Under the pieces are notes generated by a model that was not told where the DNA came from, did no database searches, and saw nothing but the letters and a program-made list of their open reading frames with translations. This document shows, piece after piece, positions 1 through 7,073 of a stretch of 25,904 nucleotides of DNA. The translations under genes and the position numbers were made by a program. How positions within the stretch are numbered: position 1 is the first letter of the stretch; every line of letters starts with the position of its first letter. The DNA is from a virus (Duplodnaviria > Caudoviricetes), in IMG/VR virus record IMGVR_UViG_3300020042_007185, positions 1 to 25,904 of that record; one strand, 5' to 3'.

Positions 1-49
1 GCCTAGGGGTTGTTGCTACTAATGCTCTATCTGCCATATAAATGCTCAT
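1..49 (-). CDS. Hypothetical early protein, 5' part only (MSIYMADRALVATTPR..., runs off the window)
   Basis: ATG at 49-47 preceded by RBS AAAGGAGAG and its own promoter at 79-107. Confidence 0.6.
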   Translation of the reverse strand, partial: MSIYMADRALVATTPR

Positions 50-78
50 ATATCTCTCCTTTGTTTAGTGATAAGTCA

Positions 79-107
79 AACCTATCAGATTAGTCTCGCT
101 CTGTCAA
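79..107 (-). promoter_or_regulatory. Sigma70-type early promoter
   Basis: Minus strand reads TTGACA-17 nt-TAGGTT with a TG extension, upstream of an RBS and ATG. Confidence 0.6.
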
Positions 108-329
108 ATCGTTCATAACCGCAAGTGCATCACGTAAAAAGCCTACACGCTTGTTACTAGCGTTTTGATCGATTGGTGTGTCGTTTATAAAAAGCCACTC
201 ACAAGTTTCTGGGTCATAAACATCCCCATTGCCGGTCAAGTCGCTCATAAGGCCAACATCCAAACCCCAGACCCCATCAGAGTGGTCAAAGGTGACAATG
301 AAATGTTCTACCATGCTATTACTTGCCAT
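90..329 (-). CDS. Small hypothetical early protein
   Basis: Overlaps the stop of the upstream gene; AGGAG RBS; start could be 329 or 335. Confidence 0.7.
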   Translation of the reverse strand: MASNSMVEHFIVTFDHSDGVWGLDVGLMSDLTGNGDVYDPETCEWLFINDTPIDQNASNKRVGFLRDALAVMNDLTERD

Positions 330-573
330 TGCCAAACATCTCCTCAGCAGCGATATCGGTAATAGTGTTTAGACTGTCCTCGCAAAAATAGTCGTTAGTG
401 TTATAGCGGTGAACAATGACAGCCCACTTTTCATCTGTAACAACAACATCATCCAACATGTCTTGAATGTCGTCCTTGGTCCAAATGAATGGAATAGCAA
501 CCCTATCGTTCGGGTCAAATTCCTTTAGCAATTCAAGGAAATACCCTACAGTGTCCTGTTCATAATTACTCAT
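319..573 (-). CDS. Small acidic hypothetical protein (84 aa)
   Basis: AAGGGAG RBS, tightly packed in the operon, very D/E-rich. Confidence 0.75.
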   Translation of the reverse strand: MSNYEQDTVGYFLELLKEFDPNDRVAIPFIWTKDDIQDMLDDVVVTDEKWAVIVHRYNTNDYFCEDSLNTITDIAAEEMFGNGK

Positions 574-676
574 TGTTATCTTCTCCCTTACTGAGGTTAT
601 ACGCCTCTTCTAACTTTGCAAGATACCAGTCTGGTATCGTTACGCTCTCTTCCTGTAAACTAGCCATTTTAGCCAT
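566..676 (-). CDS. 36-aa hypothetical protein (MAKMASLQEESVTIPDWYLAKLEEAYNLSKGEDNNE)
   Basis: Translated by hand; fills the gap between neighbours; GAGGAGG RBS. Confidence 0.55.
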   Translation of the reverse strand: MAKMASLQEESVTIPDWYLAKLEEAYNLSKGEDNNE

Positions 677-677
677 G

Positions 678-863
678 TTATACCTCCTCATTTTCATGCA
701 TCATATCTACTTCCCAAATTGTGTTCTCGTCATCAATAATTGTTTCCCCTAATTCGTAAGGAAAACCTTTGCCAGCCTCGCGCTGCGCCTCTTCAAGGCT
801 CTCTGCACGAATAGCGTAAACGCCGGTAGTTATGGTTGTGAATGGTAAATAAAATGTTTTCAT
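678..863 (-). CDS. Small acidic protein, DpnD/PcfM-like Y-x-I-x-A-x-S-x-EEA motif
   Basis: GVYAIRAESLEEAQREA; ATGA overlap with the upstream gene; GAGGAG RBS. Confidence 0.7.
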   Translation of the reverse strand: MKTFYLPFTTITTGVYAIRAESLEEAQREAGKGFPYELGETIIDDENTIWEVDMMHENEEV

Positions 864-1075
864 ATCTTCTCCTCTGTTTTTCTTGCTTTCATAACCACAT
901 CAAAAAATGTGGCCTGGGTGTAACTTAGAGTCTTCACTTGGTCTAAAGTCAGATGATCAAAATCAACCCTGTAAAACTCGTTCCGGTCAGGCCAAGTGTT
1001 CGCAGCCTTTAGAGTGCCAAACGCCTCAACCAACACGCTATCCTCTGGCGTGTAAAAACCAACAACCTTAGGCAT
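860..1075 (-). CDS. Hypothetical protein (71 aa, MPKVVGFY...)
   Basis: Start moved from 1168 to 1075, where GAGGAGG precedes an ATG overlapping the upstream stop. Confidence 0.7.
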   Translation of the reverse strand: MPKVVGFYTPEDSVLVEAFGTLKAANTWPDRNEFYRVDFDHLTLDQVKTLSYTQATFFDVVMKARKTEEKI

Positions 1076-1262
1076 TCTTGGCCTCCTCAAATTCATAAAT
1101 GTCATCTTCATTCCATTCAGTATAGCCATCAACCCACTCAATGTTGTAGTTTTCGGTGAAGTCGTCACTCAAAGCAATAACCTTAGCCTGCTCAAGTGTG
1201 TCGGCCTCAATCTCGTAATAGCCGTTGATTGTTTCTACTGTTTCTAAAATATATTTTGGCAT
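1068..1262 (-). CDS. Small acidic protein, DpnD/PcfM-like motif
   Basis: GYYEIEADTLEQAKVIA; GAGGAG RBS. Confidence 0.75.
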   Translation of the reverse strand: MPKYILETVETINGYYEIEADTLEQAKVIALSDDFTENYNIEWVDGYTEWNEDDIYEFEEAKNA

Positions 1263-1508
1263 TTATACCAACTCCTCTTTTGTGTTGAACGAATTATAGT
1301 AATCATCTTCTTCCTTATGAAGTCTTGCCTGACACAGTAATGCATCATCAAGGTTGTTGAATGTGTCGTGAACCTGACCAAACTCAAGACTTGTCTCGCT
1401 AATCTCACAAACAGTAAACAGCGGCCTGTCGGCCAAGTCTTGTCGAGCAACAATCGTATAGTTGTCGCCACTAATAAACTTTTTAGTTACCGATAAATAC
1501 TCAACCAT
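1263..1508 (-). CDS. Hypothetical early protein (81 aa)
   Basis: TAATG coupling with the upstream gene; abuts the downstream start. Confidence 0.7.
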   Translation of the reverse strand: MVEYLSVTKKFISGDNYTIVARQDLADRPLFTVCEISETSLEFGQVHDTFNNLDDALLCQARLHKEEDDYYNSFNTKEELV

Positions 1509-1705
1509 TACAGGCTCAACCTTTCAGGACTATCGCAAACAACCTCAATACCCTTGATAGAGTAATTGCCTTTGTGCAAATCGTCAAGGTTCAGCTCACC
1601 GGCGTTCACCATGTCAATCAGACCTTGAGCATCCTCATCAGATGCTGCTGTGAAATAGAATTTGTGTGTATCAATAATGTTTGCCCATGCCATATATTCT
1701 GCCAT
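1508..1705 (-). CDS. Small acidic protein, related A-x-S-x-EDA motif
   Basis: KFYFTAASDEDAQGLI; AAAGGAGG RBS; own promoter. Confidence 0.75.
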   Translation of the reverse strand: MAEYMAWANIIDTHKFYFTAASDEDAQGLIDMVNAGELNLDDLHKGNYSIKGIEVVCDSPERLSL

Positions 1706-1736
1706 TGTGGCCTCCTTTGTTAGTAGTTATAGATTT

Positions 1737-1765
1737 AGTTTAGTGGTTTTTTGTTACTCTGTCAA
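1737..1765 (-). promoter_or_regulatory. Sigma70-type early promoter
   Basis: TTGACA-17 nt-TAAACT on the minus strand. Confidence 0.7.
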
Positions 1766-2053
1766 GCCCTCAAGAATACTCAAAGCCATAAACAAACCAT
1801 CCTCATAGCCGTCAATGTAATCGCCGTCATAAGTTTCCTCACCGGCCCGCTCTCTCGCCTTCTTGATTTCGTCAATCAGAATTGGTAGATTTTCTAAAGT
1901 TGCTTTTGCCATGTTGGCCTCCTCACTGTCATAGTCCATCAACACTTCGTTACATTCCTCACACTCAACAGCAACATTCACTCCAGCATAAGTAACAACT
2001 TCTACACTATGCCCAACATGCCTGCTCAGGTCTTCATAATCAGTAGCACTCAT
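1754..2053 (-). CDS. Hypothetical protein with N-terminal HxxH...CxxC putative Zn site; possible two-gene fusion
   Basis: HVGH...ECEEC; AAAGGAGG RBS; internal in-frame GAGGAGG-ATG at 1912. Confidence 0.75.
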   Translation of the reverse strand: MSATDYEDLSRHVGHSVEVVTYAGVNVAVECEECNEVLMDYDSEEANMAKATLENLPILIDEIKKARERAGEETYDGDYIDGYEDGLFMALSILEGLTE

Positions 2054-2085
2054 TTGGCCTCCTTTGATCGATTGGTTATAGTTCT

Positions 2086-2113
2086 AGTTTAGTCCTTTTT
2101 ATAGTCTTGTCAA
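2086..2113 (-). promoter_or_regulatory. Sigma70-type early promoter
   Basis: TTGACA-16 nt-TAAACT; leader resembles that of the 1737-1765 promoter. Confidence 0.65.
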
Positions 2114-2443
2114 CCCCAAAACGCAAATTAGTCAAAGAATTATTTATGGTAAGTTTTACCATATTCAACCACCACAACCCCACACTATTATGCGAAACAC
2201 TATTTTATTCCTTCAAAAAAATACTATTCTAAAAGTGAAAATAAATAGTGTTTCCTGATGTAGCGTTTAGATACTGGAATCGAATATGATAAAAACAATG
2301 AGAAAAAGAGTATAATTTACCATATTCAATCGACAAAACACCCAAAAACAAAAACTCCCAGTCTATCTGATTATTATATATAATAATATATATATAAATA
2401 ATACAGACAGGGAGGTAAAACAAAAAATTAGGAATCAAATATG

Positions 2444-2503
2444 AAAACCGCGCAGAATTTTCAAACCGCGGCCCTGCGTCCAAAACCCCGCAGATTTTTC
2501 AAA
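2444..2503. repeat. Two 22-bp imperfect direct repeats
   Basis: AAAACCGCGCAGAATTTTCAAA (2444-2465) and AAAACCCCGCAGATTTTTCAAA (2482-2503), 2 mismatches. Confidence 0.75.
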
Positions 2504-2585
2504 AAAAGCACCTGTGTATAGTGCGTTGTAATGCTGCCAAAAATGGCAAAATCATAAACTATTATGTTACAGAAAATTGCTGCCA

Positions 2586-2643
2586 GTCATCTGCCCAGTT
2601 TGGGGAGGGACCGGTGGCCCCCCCAAACTCGGGCTAGGGTGAC
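2586..2643 (+). promoter_or_regulatory. Long GC-rich 5' leader hairpin
   Basis: GTCA..GCCC.AGTTTGGGG...CCCCAAACT.GGGC..TGAC, after a TATTAT -10-like box and before the AAGGAG RBS. Confidence 0.55.
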
Positions 2644-2662
2644 AAACAAACAAGGAGACAAG

Positions 2663-3040
2663 ATGAATCTATCAGATTCGCGTAAGTTATTCAAAGTATC
2701 TTACACAATTGATCCAATCTCAGAAGAAGCAAAATATGTATTGTTGCTAAAAGAAAACAATACAGACTTTGGTTTCATCAGAGAATACACTGACGACTTA
2801 GGTGGTCAGTGTCACCAATTCAAAGGATACTCTTGGATTGGTAACGACACAGATAGTTCAGGTTCATTAGTAATGGACTATCCAACACGCAGAAACCAAT
2901 ATCAAGAAATAGAAACAGAATATCTTGACTTGGAACTAGAAAGTGGCTTCAACCAATCATTATTAGATGCAGGTCACTTCTATCATCAAACACGAGCATT
3001 CGTGTTTCCAGATTACTCACCATTATCACTAAAGAGGTAA
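2663..3040 (+). CDS. Hypothetical protein (125 aa)
   Basis: Start moved to ATG 2663 behind AAGGAG; the upstream extension is the leader hairpin. Confidence 0.75.
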   Translation: MNLSDSRKLFKVSYTIDPISEEAKYVLLLKENNTDFGFIREYTDDLGGQCHQFKGYSWIGNDTDSSGSLVMDYPTRRNQYQEIETEYLDLELESGFNQSLLDAGHFYHQTRAFVFPDYSPLSLKR

Positions 3041-3041
3041 A

Positions 3042-3350
3042 ATGAGCGCAGCATTATTCACATGGGACGAAATCACCAAAGAACAAATCGACCAAGTAGA
3101 AATCGTCCAAATCGATGTAATACCACAATACATTTTCACCTACAACAAAGCATTAGACCAATGCGACATTTGGGTATCAAATGGAATTATGGATTTCGCC
3201 AACTCAATGTATCAATGGGTAAACCTTCTACCATTAGAAGGAATGTCATGGGAAGAGTTCAAAAACACAGAACTCAGAGACTATGGCAGAACACTATACG
3301 CAGGTATTATGCGTAACAACCTACCTGAAGAACTTCTCTTCAAGGTATAA
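3042..3350 (+). CDS. Hypothetical protein (102 aa)
   Basis: GAGG RBS, adjacent to the upstream stop, same codon style as its neighbours. Confidence 0.75.
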   Translation: MSAALFTWDEITKEQIDQVEIVQIDVIPQYIFTYNKALDQCDIWVSNGIMDFANSMYQWVNLLPLEGMSWEEFKNTELRDYGRTLYAGIMRNNLPEELLFKV

Positions 3351-3367
3351 CCAAGGAAAAAGGAAAA

Positions 3368-4864
3368 ATGAGAAACATAAACCGAGACTTCAAAGAAGTC
3401 GCAGAACTATTGCACCAAGTAGCAGTAGAACAAGAAGTGTTCACAGTAGAACCTTCTGAAGTATCAACCGACGCAGTAACAGCAATGAATGAGCTAATTG
3501 ACTCAAAAAACTTGCAAGGCATCGGTGTATCATACTACAGTGGACAAACTCGCCTAGTATTCAAAGCAATGTCATTCGATGACAATGGTGACCTAATGCT
3601 ACTTGATGTATCATGGCCACACCTACAAACACATCGTCTAAACATGATTCTTTGGATGCAATTCCGTTGGGAACTAAGCAACCTGCTAAACGAATCAAAC
3701 ATCGAAACATACAGTGACGGTAACTACATTCGTGTAAACTGCAACAATTCAGCAGAACTACAGCTAGCATTAGAAATTCTAATGCAAGAAGTAACATTCA
3801 GCGCAGAATGGCTAGCAAAAGGTTTAGAAAGTTTCAACAGAACCTTTGCAGAATACAAAAACCACTATGAACGCAACAATCGCATAGAAGGTAAGCGTGT
3901 AGAAGGTCAAGGTCTAGCAGCAAAAATCTCAGACCGCAGAGACCAAACATTCGACACAACAGAATGGATGGCTGTAGAAGCAGAAATCCAAAAATACCAA
4001 ACAAAAGTTGGTAACCACATTGTATCTCGCACATGGGGTTGGGAAGTAGAAGCCCCAAACCCAGGTAAAAACATCAGAGTCCCAATGGGTGTCGAATCAG
4101 GTTCAGACGGTTCAGTAGAATCATATGAATCAGACCACGACGACTGCGAATGCGGTTGCCGAGACTGCACTTTCCACGAATGCAGCTGTGACAACTGTTC
4201 AGACTACAACGACAGTCCAGAACACTGCGGAGACAGTGACTGCAACAATGTAACATCATACGAATTCCGCACCACAGGTGGAGTGACAAGATCACGACAC
4301 CCAGGACTTCGTGCATTGCTAGAACAAATCAAAGACAGCGAAAAAAACGAAACAGCTGGCACTCACATTCATGTGTATGCTAGAGACCTAACTGCAAAAC
4401 AGATAGGAACAGTTCTTGGTGCTTACGCAATTACACAGCGTGTTTGGGATGTAATCTGTGCCCGTAATGCCAACGACGATGAGCGTTGCCAAACTTACGC
4501 AGATCACATACCAGTAGACGCAATCAGTGCAACACTACGCACTGACACGCTATACCATGTTGGTAAGTTCACAGCAATCAACACACACCATGCGCCAAAC
4601 GACCGTGGCACGTTAGAGTTCAGACAAATGAACTGTAACTTCGACTACGACCGTATCAGCTTCATGGCGTGGATGGCTCGTGGACTAATCCAAGCAACCA
4701 AAAATGGTGCACAAGTGCATGAGTTCTTTGCAATAAAGAACATCACAGACTTCGTTGCATTATACGAAAAGTACGGCTTCACTTTCAAAGAAGAAACTCA
4801 AGAAGTAGAAGACCCATTCGGTTCGCGTTACCGTCAAGTGCCAAAAGCATTTCAGGTTGCATAA
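3368..4864 (+). CDS. Putative amidoligase (COOH-NH2 ligase type 2, glutamine-synthetase-like fold) with N-terminal extension and Cys-rich insert
   Basis: Ordered motifs WGWEVE, SDGS, YEFRT, AGTHIHV, KFTAIN, GTLEFRQ, typical of the Amidoligase_2 family. Confidence 0.8.
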   Translation: MRNINRDFKEVAELLHQVAVEQEVFTVEPSEVSTDAVTAMNELIDSKNLQGIGVSYYSGQTRLVFKAMSFDDNGDLMLLDVSWPHLQTHRLNMILWMQFRWELSNLLNESNIETYSDGNYIRVNCNNSAELQLALEILMQEVTFSAEWLAKGLESFNRTFAEYKNHYERNNRIEGKRVEGQGLAAKISDRRDQTFDTTEWMAVEAEIQKYQTKVGNHIVSRTWGWEVEAPNPGKNIRVPMGVESGSDGSVESYESDHDDCECGCRDCTFHECSCDNCSDYNDSPEHCGDSDCNNVTSYEFRTTGGVTRSRHPGLRALLEQIKDSEKNETAGTHIHVYARDLTAKQIGTVLGAYAITQRVWDVICARNANDDERCQTYADHIPVDAISATLRTDTLYHVGKFTAINTHHAPNDRGTLEFRQMNCNFDYDRISFMAWMARGLIQATKNGAQVHEFFAIKNITDFVALYEKYGFTFKEETQEVEDPFGSRYRQVPKAFQVA

Positions 4865-4867
4865 TCA

Positions 4868-5167
4868 ATGAGTAAAGTCAAAATGAAATGGGTAGAACCT
4901 GAAGAGATAGCAAAAATCAAATCAGGTCGCAAAATTCGTTACGATGTTACTGAATTCATGGAAGAACTCTATGCAAATCCAAATGCATGGGCACTATATC
5001 CGGTAAAAGTAAACTCACACGCTTGGGCTTACCGTATCTCAGAACGGTTCGCACAAATCGAGGTAGCACAAACAGGTGGTAATAACCTGGCTGTGATGCA
5101 CCCAGATAAAAAGCTCTGGACAGTGTATATGAGATACAATCCAGACCTTCCTAAGGAGAAGAAATAA
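4868..5167 (+). CDS. Hypothetical protein, possibly DNA-binding (99 aa)
   Basis: Basic N-terminus and W..P..GR...L.ANP.AWA pattern resembling small actinophage proteins. Confidence 0.6.
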   Translation: MSKVKMKWVEPEEIAKIKSGRKIRYDVTEFMEELYANPNAWALYPVKVNSHAWAYRISERFAQIEVAQTGGNNLAVMHPDKKLWTVYMRYNPDLPKEKK

Positions 5168-5256
5168 AAACGAAATAAAGCAGAAGAAACTGTTGCAATG
5201 TGCATCAGTTTTACAGTGTTCCTATTATTCATAGTAGGAGCATTCATCTAACAAGT

Positions 5257-5280
5257 GTGGGGGTCAGAAATGGCCCCCAC
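5257..5280 (+). terminator. GAAA-tetraloop hairpin without U-tract (terminator or RNA stabiliser)
   Basis: GTGGGGGTCA-GAAA-TGGCCCCCAC. Confidence 0.5.
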
Positions 5281-5297
5281 CCCAACTTAGGAGTATC

Positions 5298-5474
5298 ATG
5301 CCAAGCATCACAATCACAGAAGAATACTTACAGCAACTAATTGATGCTGCAATAATCAAAGAACGCAACAAAATCAGCAGTGACCTACGCATGTGGGCCA
5401 ATGCTTTTCCATACAAAAGCGAATACACAAACGGTGTAGTTCGTGCAGCAATGCTAATAGAAGGAGTAAAATAA
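5298..5474 (+). CDS. 58-aa hypothetical protein (MPSITITEEYLQQLIDAAIIKERNK...)
   Basis: Translated by hand; AGGAG RBS; TAATG coupling to the GATase gene. Confidence 0.7.
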   Translation: MPSITITEEYLQQLIDAAIIKERNKISSDLRMWANAFPYKSEYTNGVVRAAMLIEGVK

Positions 5475-6529
5475 TGTGCGGAATCGGTGGCTTTAGCCTA
5501 TCCAAACACAGCAAAATCAACCCACGCAAAGTAGCGCAAGCGTTACTTACAGAAATGGAATCCAGAGGCTCAATGGCTTCAGGTTATGCATGGGAAAACG
5601 CAAAATCGTCAGGTGTATACAAGCGTGACATTGCAGGATCCAAACTCAACATGTGGCACATGCCACGCAACGCAACAAATGTTATCCTACACACACGCCT
5701 AGCAACACACGGCTCTGCATCTGTAAACGCAAACAACCATCCAGTAATGTCACCAAACGGTAACATTGCACTCGTGCACAACGGTGGAATTTGGAATCAC
5801 ACCAAAGTGCGAGGCGAACTGCCATATAAGTTACCAGAAGTAGATACATCAGTAATACCAGCAATCCTGCAAAAATACGGTGTAGACAAGTTCAGCATGC
5901 TAGACGGTGACGCTGCAGTAGCATGGCTCGACAGTGATGTGCGCAACCAAATCACAGTAGCAAGAATCAGTCACTCACCAGTATGGGTCGCACAAAGCAC
6001 AGACGGCTCATTCTTCTTCGCATCAACCGAACACATTCTATGCACAGCACTAGAACGTGCCAAAATAGAATACGAATGGGTGTACGAAGTAGGCGAACGC
6101 AAAATGTTCACAGTAAGCCACGGTGTAGTAACTGCATTCCAAGATGTAGCAGAACTAGACCCAGCATACGAAGAAATCTACACACCATCATATTACGACA
6201 AATATCGTCATATGACTTCAGGTATGCAACCAGGTAACTCATGGGAATCATACGGTACAGGCATCGAAGTAAATGGTGTAACAGAATACACACCAAACCA
6301 CGAAGACATGTCAGGATGGGGAATCAACACATTCTCAGACTTCAGAGCATGCTTCTCAGAAGTAGGTGGCATATTCTACGACGGCAACGGCGACATGATA
6401 GGTGACATAGAACAGCTAATGGACGAATACGAAGACTTCAAATACTCCACATGGCTAGAAACACACGCCATGGGTCGTAAAGACGCATCAGAAGACGAAC
6501 TATGGGGTCGCATCGATGACTGGCGATAA
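5474..6529 (+). CDS. Class II (Ntn) glutamine amidotransferase with acidic C-terminal tail
   Basis: Start MCGIGG places the catalytic Cys at the N-terminus; SRG, HTRLATHG, NNHP, HNGGI, VDT motifs; AAGGAG RBS. Confidence 0.9.
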   Translation: MCGIGGFSLSKHSKINPRKVAQALLTEMESRGSMASGYAWENAKSSGVYKRDIAGSKLNMWHMPRNATNVILHTRLATHGSASVNANNHPVMSPNGNIALVHNGGIWNHTKVRGELPYKLPEVDTSVIPAILQKYGVDKFSMLDGDAAVAWLDSDVRNQITVARISHSPVWVAQSTDGSFFFASTEHILCTALERAKIEYEWVYEVGERKMFTVSHGVVTAFQDVAELDPAYEEIYTPSYYDKYRHMTSGMQPGNSWESYGTGIEVNGVTEYTPNHEDMSGWGINTFSDFRACFSEVGGIFYDGNGDMIGDIEQLMDEYEDFKYSTWLETHAMGRKDASEDELWGRIDDWR

Positions 6530-6614
6530 CCTAGACGAAATCACCACATGCGACATATGCGGAGAACAAATGCCATACTGGCAATTCTCATCACACCTAG
6601 CAAACAACCAGTAA
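6516..6614 (+). CDS. 32-aa putative zinc-finger peptide (MTGDNLDEITTCDICGEQMPYWQFSSHLANNQ)
   Basis: Translated by hand; CxxC...H motif; overlaps the GATase stop. Confidence 0.45.
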   Translation: MTGDNLDEITTCDICGEQMPYWQFSSHLANNQ

Positions 6615-6620
6615 AACCCG

Positions 6621-6696
6621 GCAAGTAAGGTTGGCATCTTGCTGTCGTAAGTCAGCCCATCCTGAGTATGATGTAAAAAGGCTCAAAACAACCTTC
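6621..6696 (+). ncRNA. Putative structured RNA (GNRA hairpin plus H-type pseudoknot)
   Basis: AAGGTTG/CAACCTT outer stem; GCTG.C-GTAA-G.CAGC; CATC/GATG with loop TGAGT pairing to GCTCA. Confidence 0.4.
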
Positions 6697-6771
6697 ATGC
6701 GCGCATCGTGCCGTGTGAATTCCAAAAAACATGGCCTTTGCCATGAATTTATAACAAGGAGAGATAGCCTT

Positions 6772-7008
6772 ATGGGCGTTTCAAAGAAAAGTAAAATGAA
6801 ATCACAAGCTGAAGTGCAGTTGGAGCAGTTAAACCTGTTGTGCGATGCTTACAACAGTGTCATCTCAGACTTTGGTGCTGACATTGGTTGGCCTAAGCGC
6901 CTTCAGAAGAAGGTGATTGCTGCGTTGGAGCAGCGTGAGTATGAGTTGGGTCATATATGGCGTGAGCTGTATGAGGCTGAGCTTGATGCTTTGGAGCAGT
7001 TCAAGTAG
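6772..7008 (+). CDS. Hypothetical helical protein (78 aa)
   Basis: Start moved to ATG 6772 behind AAGGAG; followed by a terminator. Confidence 0.7.
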   Translation: MGVSKKSKMKSQAEVQLEQLNLLCDAYNSVISDFGADIGWPKRLQKKVIAALEQREYELGHIWRELYEAELDALEQFK

Positions 7009-7026
7009 TAAAGGGTAGCAAAGATT

Positions 7027-7073
7027 GGGCAGATCTACACGCATATGTTGGCGTGTGGGTTTGCCCTTTTTTT
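7027..7073 (+). terminator. Intrinsic terminator
   Basis: GGGCAGATCTACACGC / GCGTGTGGGTTTGCCC stem with G-U pairs, followed by T7. Confidence 0.8.

Noticed and set aside
2229-2483. 84-aa hydrophobic minus-strand ORF
   Set aside because: Translation of A-tract and AT-run DNA (IIYIYIIIY) with no RBS; more likely non-coding.
5393-5473. 27-aa N-terminal extension of the GATase in the ORF track
   Set aside because: Ntn amidotransferases need the Cys at the N-terminus. ATG 5474 has an RBS, and the upstream DNA encodes a separate 58-aa ORF.
6655-6690. Hammerhead ribozyme suggested by CTGAGTATGA
   Set aside because: Lacks the CUGAnGA plus GAAA core with three flanking stems; the pairing fits a pseudoknot better.
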